From the NCBI GenBank assembly GCA_023213395.1, contig CM041465.1, positions 157,859,741-157,923,740 of the forward strand: a DNA stretch of 64,000 bases. The letters run 5' to 3'. Position 1 is the stretch's first letter; each line of letters starts with the position of its first letter. Made by a program: the position numbers and the translations under genes. Below the pieces are notes generated by a model that saw only the letters and a program-made list of their open reading frames with translations, did not search any database and was not told the DNA's origin. Positions 35,186-49,800 of the stretch are shown here, piece after piece. Origin of the DNA: Cycas panzhihuaensis. Taxonomy: Eukaryota > Plantae > Cycadophyta.

Positions 35186-38100
35186 TGCCAGGGATCCAAC
35201 CCCTGACTTACCTTCTCTTATATTCTTTTATATCTTCTACTTCTTCTCTCTCTTATCTTCTCTTATATCTTCTATTTCTTCTACTTCTTCCCTCTTCTTA
35301 ATATCCCATATGCATAAGTAGAAGGTTATGTACTGGTCATTGAGTACTATATATATTCATGTAATATCTCACATGCATAAGGAGGAGGTTGTGTAATGAG
35401 CATAGAGCCATATATATATATTTATGTAATCTTTAGAGTAGGGTATCTAAAATATCATTGTTATTGCATATAATTGGGAGGTTGCCCCCTTGAAGGGTAT
35501 TACAATACAAGTGCTCTTTTGGAGTTATTTGCATGTTATGTTGGTGTGCAATTATTATTAAGGAGTGGTATCCTACCAAGTGGTATCAGAGCAGTCAATC
35601 CATACCTTGTGAGAGAGTTAAAGGTATTAAATAATTAATTTTTTTTTCCATCATTCTCATCAGTACCTATTCTCATTTAATTTTTGCTTAGTTACTTTGT
35701 GTTGTAGGGTAAGACAACACTGCAATTGGTTAGCTACCTTCACACTACCACCAGGCAGTTTTCTTTGTATTTAGATAAAGACCCCATGCCAGGGGTCTAT
35801 AAATATCATGAGGATCTATCGTTTTAGACTAAGCATATTATGTTTTTTCTATCCTTTGCGTGAAGGACTAGAGATCACACTCCTGAATCAAGCCTTAGAT
35901 AGAACTTGGCTGTGGAATTGCACCTCCATGTACCTGTAGGTATATAGGAGGACCCCCTAGATAGTCCTTCCTAGTATAGGTAACCATAGGAAACCTATTG
36001 ACTGTCTACAATTTGTAGTGCACTGGTAAGTAGTTAGGCCTGAGAAGTTACTCTCTACGTACCCTAGAGACGAGGTAGTACGACTACCTAGTAGAGTGTT
36101 AACCTCTATAAGTTGATATTATTTACGACTGGGATCAATATATTAAAGTACCTACAAACCAGACAAGCCCATACCTAGTGTACATAGTCAATCTATTAGT
36201 GGTATGTGCACACATAGTCAGTTAGTGAGTTAGTCATCATCAATTTGTTAAATCCAATGTGTCTAGCCAGTTTATAATCAGTTCATATGCATATAGCCAG
36301 TTAGCCAGTTAGTGACCAAAAAAAATAAAAAAGCAAAAAGTAAAAGGCAAAAAAAAGTAAAAAAAATAAAAGCAAAAGGTTTAAAAAGTAAAAAATAAAA
36401 GGCAAAAAAGTAAAAGCAAAAAAATAAAAAAGCAGAATAAAAAAATCCATATTGCCTCATTGTAAAGCATTAAGGATAGCAGTCTATAGACACCCCATCA
36501 AATCCCTTTTATTCACATTTACCAACTAGGATTCAACTTAGGTCTTATGAATAAATGGCCCCTAAAATAAACCCAAGATGCACTCAAGATCTCAATGATG
36601 CTGTCATATAACTTTGAGGAGACATATTTCAAATCCAAACTGACTTCAATGAAAATTTTGAAGCAGTAATACTAGAGCTCACAACCATGAAACCTTTTAA
36701 GAAAGAAAAGATTGAATTTGATGATACTACTCACATAGGTGGGGGTCACTTCGCTAAAGAAGATGAAGGTAATGACGGTAGGCACTTCCATCCTAACTTC
36801 TTTCCCAAGGTAGAAATCAAGAAGTCCAATGGCACAGATGTATACACCTAGATCACCCAAATGGAACAATACTTTTCTCTTCATCAAGTTCCAAGAGACA
36901 AGAAGATCCCTCTTGCTTCTCTACACATGAAAATTGAACCCTACCAATGGTACCAATGGGTTATGAAAATAATTGGTGGGCTTAGTTATCAATATGAGGG
37001 TTTTGTCAAGGATATTATAGCTCAACATGATAATACCTGGAATCATGACCACTTTAACTAGTTAACTAAAGTCAGACAGGAGGGGATTGTTTTAGCTTAT
37101 GCAACAGAATACTGACGTCTCTCCACAAGGGTTGATAGTCTTTGTCAGAATAAATTACTTTGGTTGTACATTAGTAAGTTACGAGATGATATTAGACATA
37201 AGTTGTGACTCCTAAAACCTAATAACATCTCTATAACTATCAATTTTGCTCGGCATATTGAAGCAAAAAATAAGGCATCTTGACCCCTCCCACGAACATT
37301 CCCAGAAAAGTGGCCACAATTTTAGGTTCATGGTATATAACAAATGAATTCCCGAGAGATAGGTAAGAAACAATTGAAAGGGTTATGTTTTCGTTGCAAC
37401 TAAAAGTAGAATAAAGACCATAAATGTCATGAATGACGCTTATTCATAATTGAGGATGTTTAAGATGATAAACTAGTAGAGGAAGCCTCATTAGAGCCAT
37501 AAAATAATGATTGTGGCCCACTTGAGGAGGAAGAAGAAGATATTGCTACTATATTTGTGCATGCCCTTACTAGAATTACGACCCCACAAACACTCAAACT
37601 TATTCGGTATATCAAGAAAAGGAAGGTGGTTGTCCTCATAAATTCTGAGAGAACCCATAATTTCATTAATTAGAAACTTGCTAAAGAACTCAATTATTTT
37701 CTATATCTTATAAAAAAAATTTAGGTTATAGTGGCTAATGGAGGGACACTCACTTATGGGGGAAAATGTCACAACATTAAGTTGCAAATAGGTGATTGTC
37801 ACCTCTTTACTTCCATGTATGCCATTCTCGTTGGAGGAGTTAATGTTATATTAGGGGTACAATGGCTCAAACCATTAGGGACCATTCAACTGAATATACA
37901 AGAGCTCTTCATCTAATTTAATTATGAAGGAATCGAATATCAATTAAATGGAATAATTCCTTCTCCAACCAAAATCATCAACTTACATTGTATGGAGAGG
38001 CTCATTAAAAAAGGTGGTATAGGAATCATTACCAAATGTTATGCTCTGGAAGGTAAGGAACTTCCAACAGAAGGGGATATTCTCGAAGATGATGGTATAC

Positions 38101-41100
38101 CAAATGACTTAAAGTTGGTACTTCACCACCACAACTAGGTCTTTTAGGATATTCCTCAAGGTCTTCCCCTAGTATGTGACCAAGATCATAACATTGACCT
38201 AGTAGTTGGAAGCAAACCTCCTTATATTCGACCATACTAGTATCCTTACTAGTAAAAGAATGAAATTGAACAACTAGTTTAAGAACTCCTTAATACTGAT
38301 ACTATTAGGGAAAGTAAAAGCACTTTTTCTACCTCGGTGATTTTAGTAAGAAAAAAGGATGGCTCATTTTGCATGTGTGTAGACTACCGTAAGCCCAATA
38401 AGATAACTATCAAAGATAAATTTCCTATACCAGTCATCGATGAACTCTTGGATGGACTCCATGGAGCAATGTTCTTCACGTCATTAGACTTGTGGTCAGG
38501 ATACCATCAAATTAGGATCAAGGCAGAGGATGTTTATAAAACTACATTTCGTACATATGAAGGATATTATGAATTTTTAGTCATGCCAACTGGCTTGACT
38601 AATGCCCCATCTACCATTCAAGGACTCATGAACAAACTCTTTTAGCCTTATTTAAGGAAGTTCATATTAGTATTTTTTTATGACATTATGATCTTCAGTC
38701 CTACATGGGAAGACCATCTTCAGCATGTTGATAAGGCATTACAGGTGCTTGCAGATAACCAACTTTATGCTAAAAATTTAAAATGTTAATTTGGGTAAAT
38801 AAAAATAGAATATTTGGGCCATATTATATCTTAAGAAGGAGTCAAGGTGAATCTTAAGAAAATTGGAGTTATCACGAAATGGCCTAAACCCAAAAATATC
38901 AAGGGCCTTCGTGGATTCTTAGGAATCACAGGGTATTATCGAAAGTTTGTTCAGGGTTATGCAAGGATCGTTTTCCCTTTAATCAATTTGTTAAAAAAGG
39001 ATTCCTTTAATTAAAATGATAATGCCTCTAAAGCATTTAAACACCTAAAGGTAGCTTTAACTACCACATCAGTCCTCGCAACACCAGACTTTATAAAGAC
39101 CTTCACCATTGAATGCGATGCATTAGGGCAACGCATTTGAGTAGTCTTAATGTAAGAAGGGAAACCTTTGGCCTTCGAGAGTCATCAACTTACAGCTAAG
39201 AAATAAGTCAAATCCACCTATGAGAAGGAGATGTTATCAATTCTCCATGTGGTTAGGAAATGGCGACTATTTATTGGGAACACATTTCCAAATTAAAACA
39301 GACCATGATAACTTAAAACATTTCTTAGCTCAAAGGATAACATCTGAGGAACAATAAAAATGGGTCACTAAAATGCAAGCTTTTGACTTTAAAATCATAT
39401 ATAAAAAAGGCAAGGATAATATAGCTATTGATGCTTTATCTTATAAGGAAGAAGGCTCTGCACTATATTCTATCACCATAGTCAATCCCTCTTGGACAGT
39501 AGTCGCCAAGCAAGAATGGGATCAAGACCCCTTTACAAAGCAGATCATTCAAGACCTTCAAGCTAGGATAGGGCATTCAACCTATTATACATGGTCTACA
39601 AATATTCTCTGGTGTAAGAATTAGATATATATATACCCTCACTCTATCCTCAAGGAGCAAATTTTATATGATGCACATGCCTCTCCAATAGCAGGTCACA
39701 TGGGGTTCTTACAGACATACCATTGCTTAAAACAATCTTTCTTTTGGAAGGGATAAAAAGGAGATGTAAAGAGATATATTTCCTCATGAAATTTGTCAAT
39801 GACATAAGACAAAAATAGTCAAGTCTCCAGGATTACTGCAACCCCTTCCCATACCAAATCAACGATGGGAAGAAATTTCTATAGACTTCATTGTGGGTCT
39901 TCCCAAGTCAGAAGGAAAAGATTCTATACTGGTGGTTATTGATAGGCTAATCAAATATGCTCATTTTTGTGGCATTCAAGCCACATATAAGGTAAAGCAA
40001 ATTGTTAAGATCTTTTTAAAGGATATACATAGGTTACATGGTATTCCCAAATGCATAGTCAGTGATTGAGACCCTAAGTTTACTAGCAACTTCTAGATGG
40101 AACTCTTCCATCTACTTGGTACTAAACTAATAATAAGCTCATCCTACCATCCATAAACATATGGTCAAACTGAGGTGGTTAACAAGTGTCTTGAAGGATA
40201 CCTTCATTGTTATGCTTCAGATAAGCAAGGCCAATGGTATCATTAACTTCCTTTAGTAGAATAGTAGTATAATACAACCTATCATGCATTAGTAGGAATG
40301 ACTTTGTTCTAAGTATTATATGGCTATGAACCACCCACACTTAAGAATTATGCCATAATTAGTTTTAAGGTTCAAGCAGTCAAGGAGCACATCTAACAAA
40401 CAACACTAATTCTTAAATCACTCAAGGAAAATCTAAACCTTACACAAAAATGAATAAAACAATAGGCAAATAAAGGGTGAAGTGCCCAAGCATTTCAACT
40501 AGGTGACTGTGTATACTTACAGTTATAATCGTACAAGCAGGCATCTCTTAAACGGGATGGGCAATATAAATTACAACCTCAATTTTATGGGCCTTACAAA
40601 ATTCTCAAGAAGATTGGTAAAGTTGCATATGCCTTGGACTTACCACCACCATCAAGGATCCATAATATCTTTTATGTTTCATATCTCAAGAGAGTAATTG
40701 AGCAGCAAGTATAAGTTCAAACAGAATTACCTATCTTAAATGAGGAGGGTCAACTCCAACTCATTCTAGAATGTATCACCGACCAAAGAATTCAACATCT
40801 ATGATTCATGCAAATCATTGAGTATCTCATCAAATGGAAACAACTTCCATGAGAAGATGCAACTTGGAACAATGAGCAATTTATCCAAGAGCATCCTAAG
40901 ATCACAAAGCTTTGAGGGTAAAACTTTTTAAAGGGGAGGACTTTGTTAGGGATCCAACCCCTAACTTACCTTCTCTTATATTCTCTTATATCTTCTACTT
41001 CTTCTCTCTCTTATCTTCTATTTCTTCTACTCCTTCCCTCTTCTTAATATCCTACATGCATAAGTAGAAGGTTGTGTAATAGTCATTGAGCACTATATAT

Positions 41101-41322
41101 ATTTATATAATATCTCACATGCATAAGGAGGAGGTTGTGTAATGAGCATAGAGCCATATATATATTTATGTAATCTTTAGAGTAGGGTATCTAAAATATC
41201 ATTGTTATTGCATGTAATTGGGAGGTTGCCCCCTTAAAGGGTATTGCAATACAAGTGCTCTTTTGGAGTTATTTGCATGTTATATTGATGTGAAATTGTT
41301 ATGAAGGAGTGGTATCCTACCA
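35186..41322 (+). mobile_element. Full-length decayed chromodomain Ty3/Gypsy (chromovirus, Reina-like size)
   Basis: LTRs 35186-35578 and 40944-41322 (~5-6% substitutions); TSD tttat 35181-35185/41323-41327; PBS 35581-35592; PPT 40930-40940; [28 protein letters not shown]; integrase; chromodomain EYLIKWKQLP*EDATW ~40820-40870. Confidence 0.95.
36318..36446. repeat. A-rich short tandem repeat (AAAAA-[GT]-type units) in the Gypsy leader
   Basis: aaaaaaataaaaaagcaaaaagtaaaaggc-type units repeated. Confidence 0.8.
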
Positions 41323-41443
41323 TTTATTTTCTTTTACTTTTTCATTATGTTTTATTAATATTTAATCTTTTTATAATGTAAAAATAAATTATATATATTA
41401 TTATATATAAGCACATACATCATAATATAGAAATTATTAAATG

Positions 41444-44400
41444 TGTTGAGAATACAAGGTCCAACCCTTTAACCGCCACCAAGATCTATTACTTTCTTAC
41501 AACTAGTTACAGAAATCAAAATATAAAATTACATGCAAATTCTAAAATTAGAGATTATACAGTAAAAAGAAAATGAAAACCAAACATCACATGTGCACCC
41601 GATATAACGTGGTAAAACCCTAGCGATTGTCTTTGAGGAAACATCCACACAGGAAAGGTATCGATCTTTATTGCTACAGAATGGAGAAACAATACATCAT
41701 AGTTACAGAGTGCTCTCTGGAACAACAATCAGCTACCGCCCTCTTCACAGTACATTGTATAACATTACAACATAATAAGAAAAGCCTTAAAACGAGCTAC
41801 ATGAGAGGAACATCCAAGACCTAAGTCTTAACCGTAGAATCTAGGGTATTTGTATCAAACGACCCTGATTCTTTTTACATTTTGATAAGATTTACATGGC
41901 TAATTTTTTTGGGTCGGGGGCTATCGCCCCTGAACCCCCTCCTAGCGGGGGGCATTCCACGCTCCCCGCACCCCTCGGCCATGGGGGGCTCCTGCCCCCC
42001 TTGGAACCCCCCGAGAAAGATTAGGGACGGAAACCGCGTTGAAAACATGCCATACTTTTAGGCCTATAATTATTGTCACAATACCCAACAATCTCCACCT
42101 TGACAACAATTACCCACTACCTTTCCTGGATCCTTCATCACCTTTTCTGCAAGCCAAGAGAAGTCAAACACCATTTGAACTTCTCTAATGGTACTGGTTT
42201 TGTGAATATATCAGCACAATTCTGATTGGTATGAATCTTCTCAAGTGCCACTCCACCTGCTTCCACAACCTGTCTAACAAAATGGTACTTAAGAACAATA
42301 TGCTTTGTTCTACTATGATAAGTTGGATTCTTGGCTAGGTAAATGGCACTTTGACTGTCACAAAATACCTTTACATTTTCCTGTCTCCTTCCAAGCTCAA
42401 CCAATAGACCCTATAACCAGATTGCTTCTTTACAAGCATGTCTGCGGAGAACATATTCACTTCGTGGTTGTGATTACAATTGTGCTATGCAATTTGGATA
42501 TCCAACTAACTGGACCATTTGCAAGAGTAAAAACTTGACCTGAAGTAGACCTTCTTTTGTCAAAATCTCCTGCAAAGTCTAAATCGACATATCCACAAAC
42601 GTGATTACCTGTACCTCCAAAGGTGATGCAGTAATCACTAATGCCTCTCAAATATCAAAACACCCATTTCACTGCAGCCCAATGTTCCTTTCTTGGATTT
42701 GCCATAAACCTGCTAACTACATCGACTACATGTGAAATATCAGGTCTTGTACATACCATGGCATACATCAAACTTCCTACTGCACTGGCATAAGGCACAC
42801 AAGACATATAAGCCTTTTATTCTTCACTACTATGACTCATATTAGATGAAAGCTTGAAGTGGGAAGCCAATGGGATACTCACTGGTTTCACATTTGCCAT
42901 CCGAAACCTGGTTAGCACCTTCTCCACATATTTCTACTATGATAACCATAGCTTACCACTTTTCCTGTCTCTGTGTATCTCCATGCCTAAGATTTATTTT
43001 GCGGCTCCTAGATCCTTCATATCAAAAGTCTTAGCCAATTGAGCCTTTAGCTTATTGATTTCTACTATGCTCTTGCTTGCAACCAGCATGTCATCAATAT
43101 ATAACACCAAGATAATGAATAAGCCATTGTCTATAAATTTAAAGTAAACACAATGATCATACTCGCTTCTTTTAAAATTTTGGCTCTCCATAAAGGCATC
43201 AAACTTCTTGTACCACTGCTTGGGTGATTACTTCAGGCCATACAATGATTTCCTGAGCCTGCAAACAAGTCTTTTCCTGCCATCTTAAACAAACCCCTCT
43301 GGTTGATCCATATAGATCTCCTCATCTAAATATCCATGTAGAAAAGTTATCTTTACATCTAACTGCTCCAACTCCAAATCAAGAGAAGCTACTAATGCTA
43401 ACAGCACTCGAATTGAAACAAGTTTAACAACTAGTGAAAAGATCTCATGAAAGTCAATACCTGCTTTCTGTACAAAACCTTTTGCTACCAGTCGTGCCTT
43501 ATATTTATCAACCTTTCTATCAACATCTGTTTTCTTTTTTAAAACCCACATGTAACCAACAGTCTTCCTACCATGTGGAAGTTCTACCAAGTCCCATGAA
43601 TTATTTTTCTTCAAAGCATCTATCTCTTCCTGCATAGCCCTTATCCACTTCTCTCCATGGATATCATCTACTACTTCCTGATAACATGTGAGCTCACCAT
43701 CATAAGAAACTAAAGCAGTAGAAATATAAGGGTTGTACCTGTCAGGTGGATGACTAACTCGTGTAGATCTTCTAACTATTGGTAGAGGAGTGTCCACATA
43801 CTCCTATGAATCTGTTGTTGATTCGTCTTCAGAAAGATCTTCATGCTCTTCTGATTCCACAGATGGTTGCATTTCAAACTTAACTTGTTGATGCTCATCT
43901 TACTGCTCCTATTTCATTTCAGCTTCTACACTGTCTGATTTTACAAGGGGAGACTCATCAAATATGACATCTCTGTTAATGGTGATTTTGTGGGCAGTAG
44001 GATCCCACAACCTATATCCCTTCACACCATCCTTATCACCATAACCAACAAAGATATATCTCTTGGATTTTGGGTCTAACTTTGAACATTTACTTTTGTC
44101 GTCGAGCATAAGCATCACAACCAAAAACTTTTAAATTTGAATAATCACACGGATGTCCAGTCCATACCTCTTCAGGAATCTTGTAATCTATTGTAACTGA
44201 TGGTGACCTGTTTACCAGATAGCAAGTTGTTTGAACAGCTTCTGCCCATAAGTCCTGCTCCACTCCTGCATTACTTAGCATGCTTCTTGCTCTTTCCAAG
44301 AGTGTCCTATTCATGCACTCAGTAATGCCATTTTGCTGTGGAGTATAGCTAGTGGTCTTGTGTCTTTTGATCCTAACTTCTCTGCAATAGTTCTCAAACT

Positions 44401-46755
44401 CCAAGGAGTTGAACTCACCTCCATTGTCAGTTCTTAAACATTTGATTGTCTTACCAGTATTGTTCTCAACTAAAGCCTTGAATTGCTTAAACACATTGAA
44501 AACTTCAGATTTCCTTTTCAAAAAATAGACCCATACCTTCCTGGAGTAATCATCTATAAATGTGACAAAATATAATGATCCTCCACAAGATATTTTAGGA
44601 GCTAGTCCCCATACATCTGAATGTATGTAATCCAGAACGCCTTTACTAGTGTGACTCCCTACTTTAAACTTGAGTTTACACTGTTTTCCAAAAACACAAT
44701 GTTTACAGAAAGCCAAGTCTAAAAGCTGTAAGTTAGGAAGCAACTTATGGTTTATCAGCACCTTAAGTCCTCTCTTACTCATGTGCCCAAGTCTCTGATG
44801 CCATAACTGAGCTGGATCTTCTGTAGTTTTTGACACTGTAGCTGCTTGGCTAACATCTGTACTTCCCACTAAAATGTAAAGATTTCCTCTCTTTAAGGCT
44901 TTCATAACAACCAAGGTGCCCTTTGACACCTTTAGGACTCCTTCATGACCCGTATACTTAAAACCAACTAAATCTAATTCACCCAAGGAAATCAGATTCC
45001 TTTTCAAATCAGGTACATGTCTAACCTCAGTTAATGTTCTGACTACCCCATCAAACATCTTAATTCTGATGCTACCAATGCCCACTGTCTTACAAGAAAC
45101 TTTATTTCCCATAAGCACATCACCACCATTAAGAGGTTGGTATGATGAGAACCAACTCCTGTATGGACACATGTGGTGTGAAGCACCTGAATCTAATAAC
45201 CAGTCATGGTGATAATGAGAAATATTACAAGTAACCAAGACATCATCATCCATACCTTGATTTGACTCCACCTGATTCGCCTCCTTGGTAGGATCTTCCT
45301 TTTTCTGGAACTCCTTACTTTCGTAACAATCCTTCTTGAGGTGACCGGTCTTATTACAATGCTAACACCTGAGCTTACTCTTTTTGCTCTTTGACTTAGA
45401 TCTCCATGTATCCCTGGAGTTTTGTCCTCTCTCAAATGTTCTACCCCTTACTGCCATGGCTTCTGGTGTGGAGGTTTCAAGACTAGACTTCCTCTGCACT
45501 TCTTCCATTAGCAAAGCACTCACAACAAAGTCATATTCCAATTAATTTGTTGTGATAAAACTAATTGAGGTGACAATATTATCCCAGGATTCAGATAATG
45601 AGCATAACAGGGTAATTGCCTTGTCCTTATCCTCAATTTTAACATTGATACTAGTCAATTAACAAATAAGAGTATTGAAAATATTTAAATGGTCAACGAT
45701 TTTTGTACCTTCCTTCATCCATAATGAGTATAGTTGCCTCTTCAGGTAGATTTGATTCGTTACTGATTTGGTCATATCTGAGCCTTCCAACCGGGTCGTA
45801 ATCACCGCCATCTTTACTCCCCTGCGATGTTAAACAAAACTTCATTTGCCAAGTACAATCGTATTGTGCTAAGTGCCTTTTTGTCTAAATCATCTCATTC
45901 CTCATCGTCCATCCCTGCGGGTTTCTTCGACTTGCCTGCAAGGGCTTTGTACAAACCCTGTTGTACAAGAATATCATACGCTTTTAGCTTCCACAACTCG
46001 AAGTTGTTCTTACTATTGAATTTCTCCACCTCGAACTTTGCATTCACTAGTTTCTCCATTTGGTGTAGAAAATCTGACACCAAAACCTTCACAAACTCGT
46101 TGTAAGAAAATGAGTGGCTCTGATACCACTTGTTGAGAATACAAGGTCCAACCCTTTAACTGCCCCCAAGATCTATTACTTTCTTACAACTAGTTACAGA
46201 AATTGAAACATAAAATTACATGCAAGTTCTAAAATCAGAGATTATACAGTAACAAGAAAATGAAAGCCAAACATCATATGTGCACCCGATATAATGTGGT
46301 AAAACCCTAGCAGTGTACTAGGGAAACATCCACACAGGAAAGCTATCGATCTTTATTGTTGCAGAATGGAGAAACAATACATCACAGTTACATAGTGCTC
46401 TCTGGAACAACAATCAACCGCCGCCCTCTTCACAGTACATTGCATAACATTACAACATAATAAGAAAAGCCCTGAAACAGGCTACATGAGAGGAACATCC
46501 AAGACCTAAATCTCAACCGTAGAATCTAGGGTATTTGTATCGAATGACCCTGATTCTCTTTACATTTTGATAAGGTTTACATGGCCAAAATTTTTGGGTC
46601 GGGGGCTATATCCCCCCTCTAGGCGTTCACGCCCTCACTTCTAGCCAAGGGGGCTCCCGCCCCCCTTGGAACCCCCCAAGAAAGATTAGGGGGAGAAACC
46701 GTGCCGAAAACATGCCATAATTTTAGGCCTATAATTATTGTCACAATACCCAACA
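41444..46755 (-). mobile_element. Full-length Ty1/Copia element, Tnt1/Tork-like; the best preserved coding region in the window
   Basis: LTRs 41444-42090 and 46131-46755; TSD aaatg 41439-41443/46756-46760; PBS 46117-46128; PPT aggtggagat 42091-42100; gag AKFEVEKFNSKNNFELWKLK; WLLDSGASHHM; integrase ORF 44090-45271; RT LYIDDML; RNase H TKHIVLKYHFVR. Confidence 0.96.
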
Positions 46756-46865
46756 AAATGGAGTGATTATTAATTACATCTTAACTTGATTAGATTTTTA
46801 ATGGTGATGAACAAGAGCAAAAATTAGGTGTTTTATCTAAAAATTTATGGAATTTCTTATATATA

Positions 46866-49800
46866 TTTTTTCAAAGGTGAAGAGGAGAATTTATTAAATT
46901 ATAATCTTAAGAACAATACAATGAGCTGGGAAGCCCAGAATTAGGTGGGCATATTTACCTAATCTTTTACATGAAGAGCACTCAAAGTAGCAATATTAAA
47001 TTATAAATTATTCTTTAACATTCTTCGAAGACAAGTGAAGCAAGAATTATGAGATAGCCATAGCAAAATATCCTTCCTTATACACTTAAGTTTGGTTAAA
47101 GGATGGGACTACTTTTTGAAGGTAAGCTATAGTACAGATTTTCCAAATCTCATGTAAGGTGGTCTTAAGAAGCAGAAACCAGAGGTCAATTAAATGTCAT
47201 TGAGTCATAAACTAGATATAAATCATTGCCTAACTCCCTTTGATTAACCAAGAATAGAGGTGAAAGTTGTCATTACAAATATTAGTGTAGCCTTGGTCCA
47301 AACTAAAAATCTGAAAGATGGTATACCAAATGTCATGAATAAGAGGACAATGCCATCAGATGTGATCAAAACTATCCTCATGGGTGCTACAAATAATGTA
47401 ATATGATTAACAACTAATATTCCATTGATCCCAAGTATCCTAGAAAATAAAAGCTTTGTGCAAGATCCTCTAATCAAGAATATTGTATTTAGGTTAAGCA
47501 ATTTTCCACCATATCCATCCCCATTCTACTTGGAGTTGAGTATGATGAAATTGAAGACTATGAACTAAATAATAAAAATCAAAGGAATTGAAGACATACC
47601 CTCTAGATAAAAACCTAATGCCTTCCTCCTTCTCTAGATCTTAAGATGTAATAAAAGGATCAATTTACCTCATGAAAAATTGAGCTTTTCAGCCATCCGC
47701 AAAAGAGAAGTTTCAGGCTTAGGATTAAGTTCCAACAAGAGATTAGCAACATCCTTCCAATAGAGCTGCTCAAAGTCATGAAATTGAGCCATAGTAAAGT
47801 AATTGTAAGAACTAAAAATTTGAGCTAAAGGAGTGAGTTCATCTTGACTACCTAAAAGAGGCAAACCTAGAGGAAGCCATTTGTCCTTCTAAAAATTGAC
47901 CTGGCAACCAGTAGAACTAGGAGAAACAAGAGTATTATAGTGCACATTATCCCAGGTTGCCACCATATGATTCCAAATAGGAGCTCATTTGTTAAGAAAG
48001 CTGGCATTAACTAACTACTGCTTAGCATAATAACTAAAATAATATTTTATTCTAATAATACGGGCCCATTTATCATTTTCCCTATTCCAAAGGTCCCATA
48101 AATGCTTGGCACCTCTAACCTTAACTAAGATAAAGGGGTCTTTGACACCAAGACTACCTCGACCTTTATGATCTGACACCATACTCCATTTCATAGGATG
48201 AAAGGTTTTCAAATCAACATACCATGGCTTCCAAAGGAATCTTATAAGGAGACTTCAGACCACTAATAATACAACTTTAGGACCTTGAATAATTGACATA
48301 AGGTAATTTGGTAATTGGGAAAGAGTGGGTTCAATTAAGCTTCATCAACTGGATAAGTTAAGGGATCTAATGGGCCAAGTGTCCAACTTCTTTTTAATTT
48401 TTTGAACATAAGGCTGCCAATTAGAAATTTTTAATCTTGAGAGGCTCATAGGAATGCCTAGATATTTGAAGATAGTAGATCTTGGAGGAATAGGAATGCT
48501 GAGAGCTGATGCCAAATTAGATTGCATCTTTGTTTCTACTTCATTAAAAATAATGCTAGATTTACTTACATTAATAGACATCCCTACTGCGAGGCCAAAA
48601 GCCTTGAGTACTTAGCTCCAGATATTGATTTCTGTATATGAAGGGTGACCCAATAGAATGGTATCATCTGAAAAAATTTGATGTGTTATGATCTCAGATC
48701 CTTCAATAGAAGTACCTTGGAGAAGATCTATTGATTGGAGCCATAAATGGAGGGAAGAAAACCTTCCATAATAATAACAAAAAGATAAGGCAACAAAGGA
48801 TAGCCTTGATGAATTCCTCTACTCATATAAATAAGGCCATTAATTAAACCATTAATTTTTATAGCCATTGAAATCGAAGAGATCATAACTTTAATCAAAT
48901 TAATATAGTTCTATTGAAGTCTCTTTTGAACGAGAATAGCAAGAAAGAAATTCCATTCCGCAGTGTCATAAGCTTTATTGATGTCTAATTTAAAAATTAT
49001 AGCTTGTTACTTCTTTGTGCAAATAAAATAGAGAGCCTCAACAATCACAGTTATGTTGTCAGCTATACAATGCCCTTTAATAAAGGTAGTTTGATTCTCA
49101 TTGACAATATGAGGAAGGAACTCTTTAAGACGATTAGAAAGAACTTTGGCTATAATCTTGTATGAAGTATTACAAAGACTTATAGGTCTTGAGTGATGGA
49201 TGGAGGATGGAGTATTACTTTTAGGAATCAAGAAGGCTATGGTAGCATTGATAGCAAGGTTCATTCTACCTGATCAACAAACCTCTTCTGCCACTTCAAC
49301 TAATAGTTGTAGGACCTCATCAGAGTTAATAACTAATAGAAGCTCAACGAGAATACCATCAGGACCGGGGGATTTACCTTTGAGAAGCTTCAACATAATT
49401 TTTTGAATCTCCTCCTTAGTGATCATTCTATTAAGAGAAGCATTAAGGTTTCTATTACACTCCTCCAGAATAGGTTTCGCCTTTGAAAGAATAATTTAAA
49501 TAGCTTTGGCTCTATTCGAAGAGAACCTTGAGTGGTCCATAGCCTATCAAAATCATGAAAAAACTCAGACTAAATTCTATGATGCAAATATGTAATTTCC
49601 AATGAGGAAACCTATAAACACTTCAGAGGCCATTGTTATTGTATTGCTTTTGCATAATGGTTAAAAAATTTTGAATTCTGGTATGTGTGAAGTTTCCATT
49701 AGATATTTAACCATGCTTTCTATTTTTCATCCTCCTGCTTTTGCATAAGCAAAAAATGATTATTTAAGTTAGAAAGCCTTGACAGAAGCTCCACCGAGCC

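Noticed and set aside
36278-36460. Phe-rich, membrane-like 60-aa ORF
   Set aside because: Antisense translation of the A-rich repeat in the Gypsy leader.
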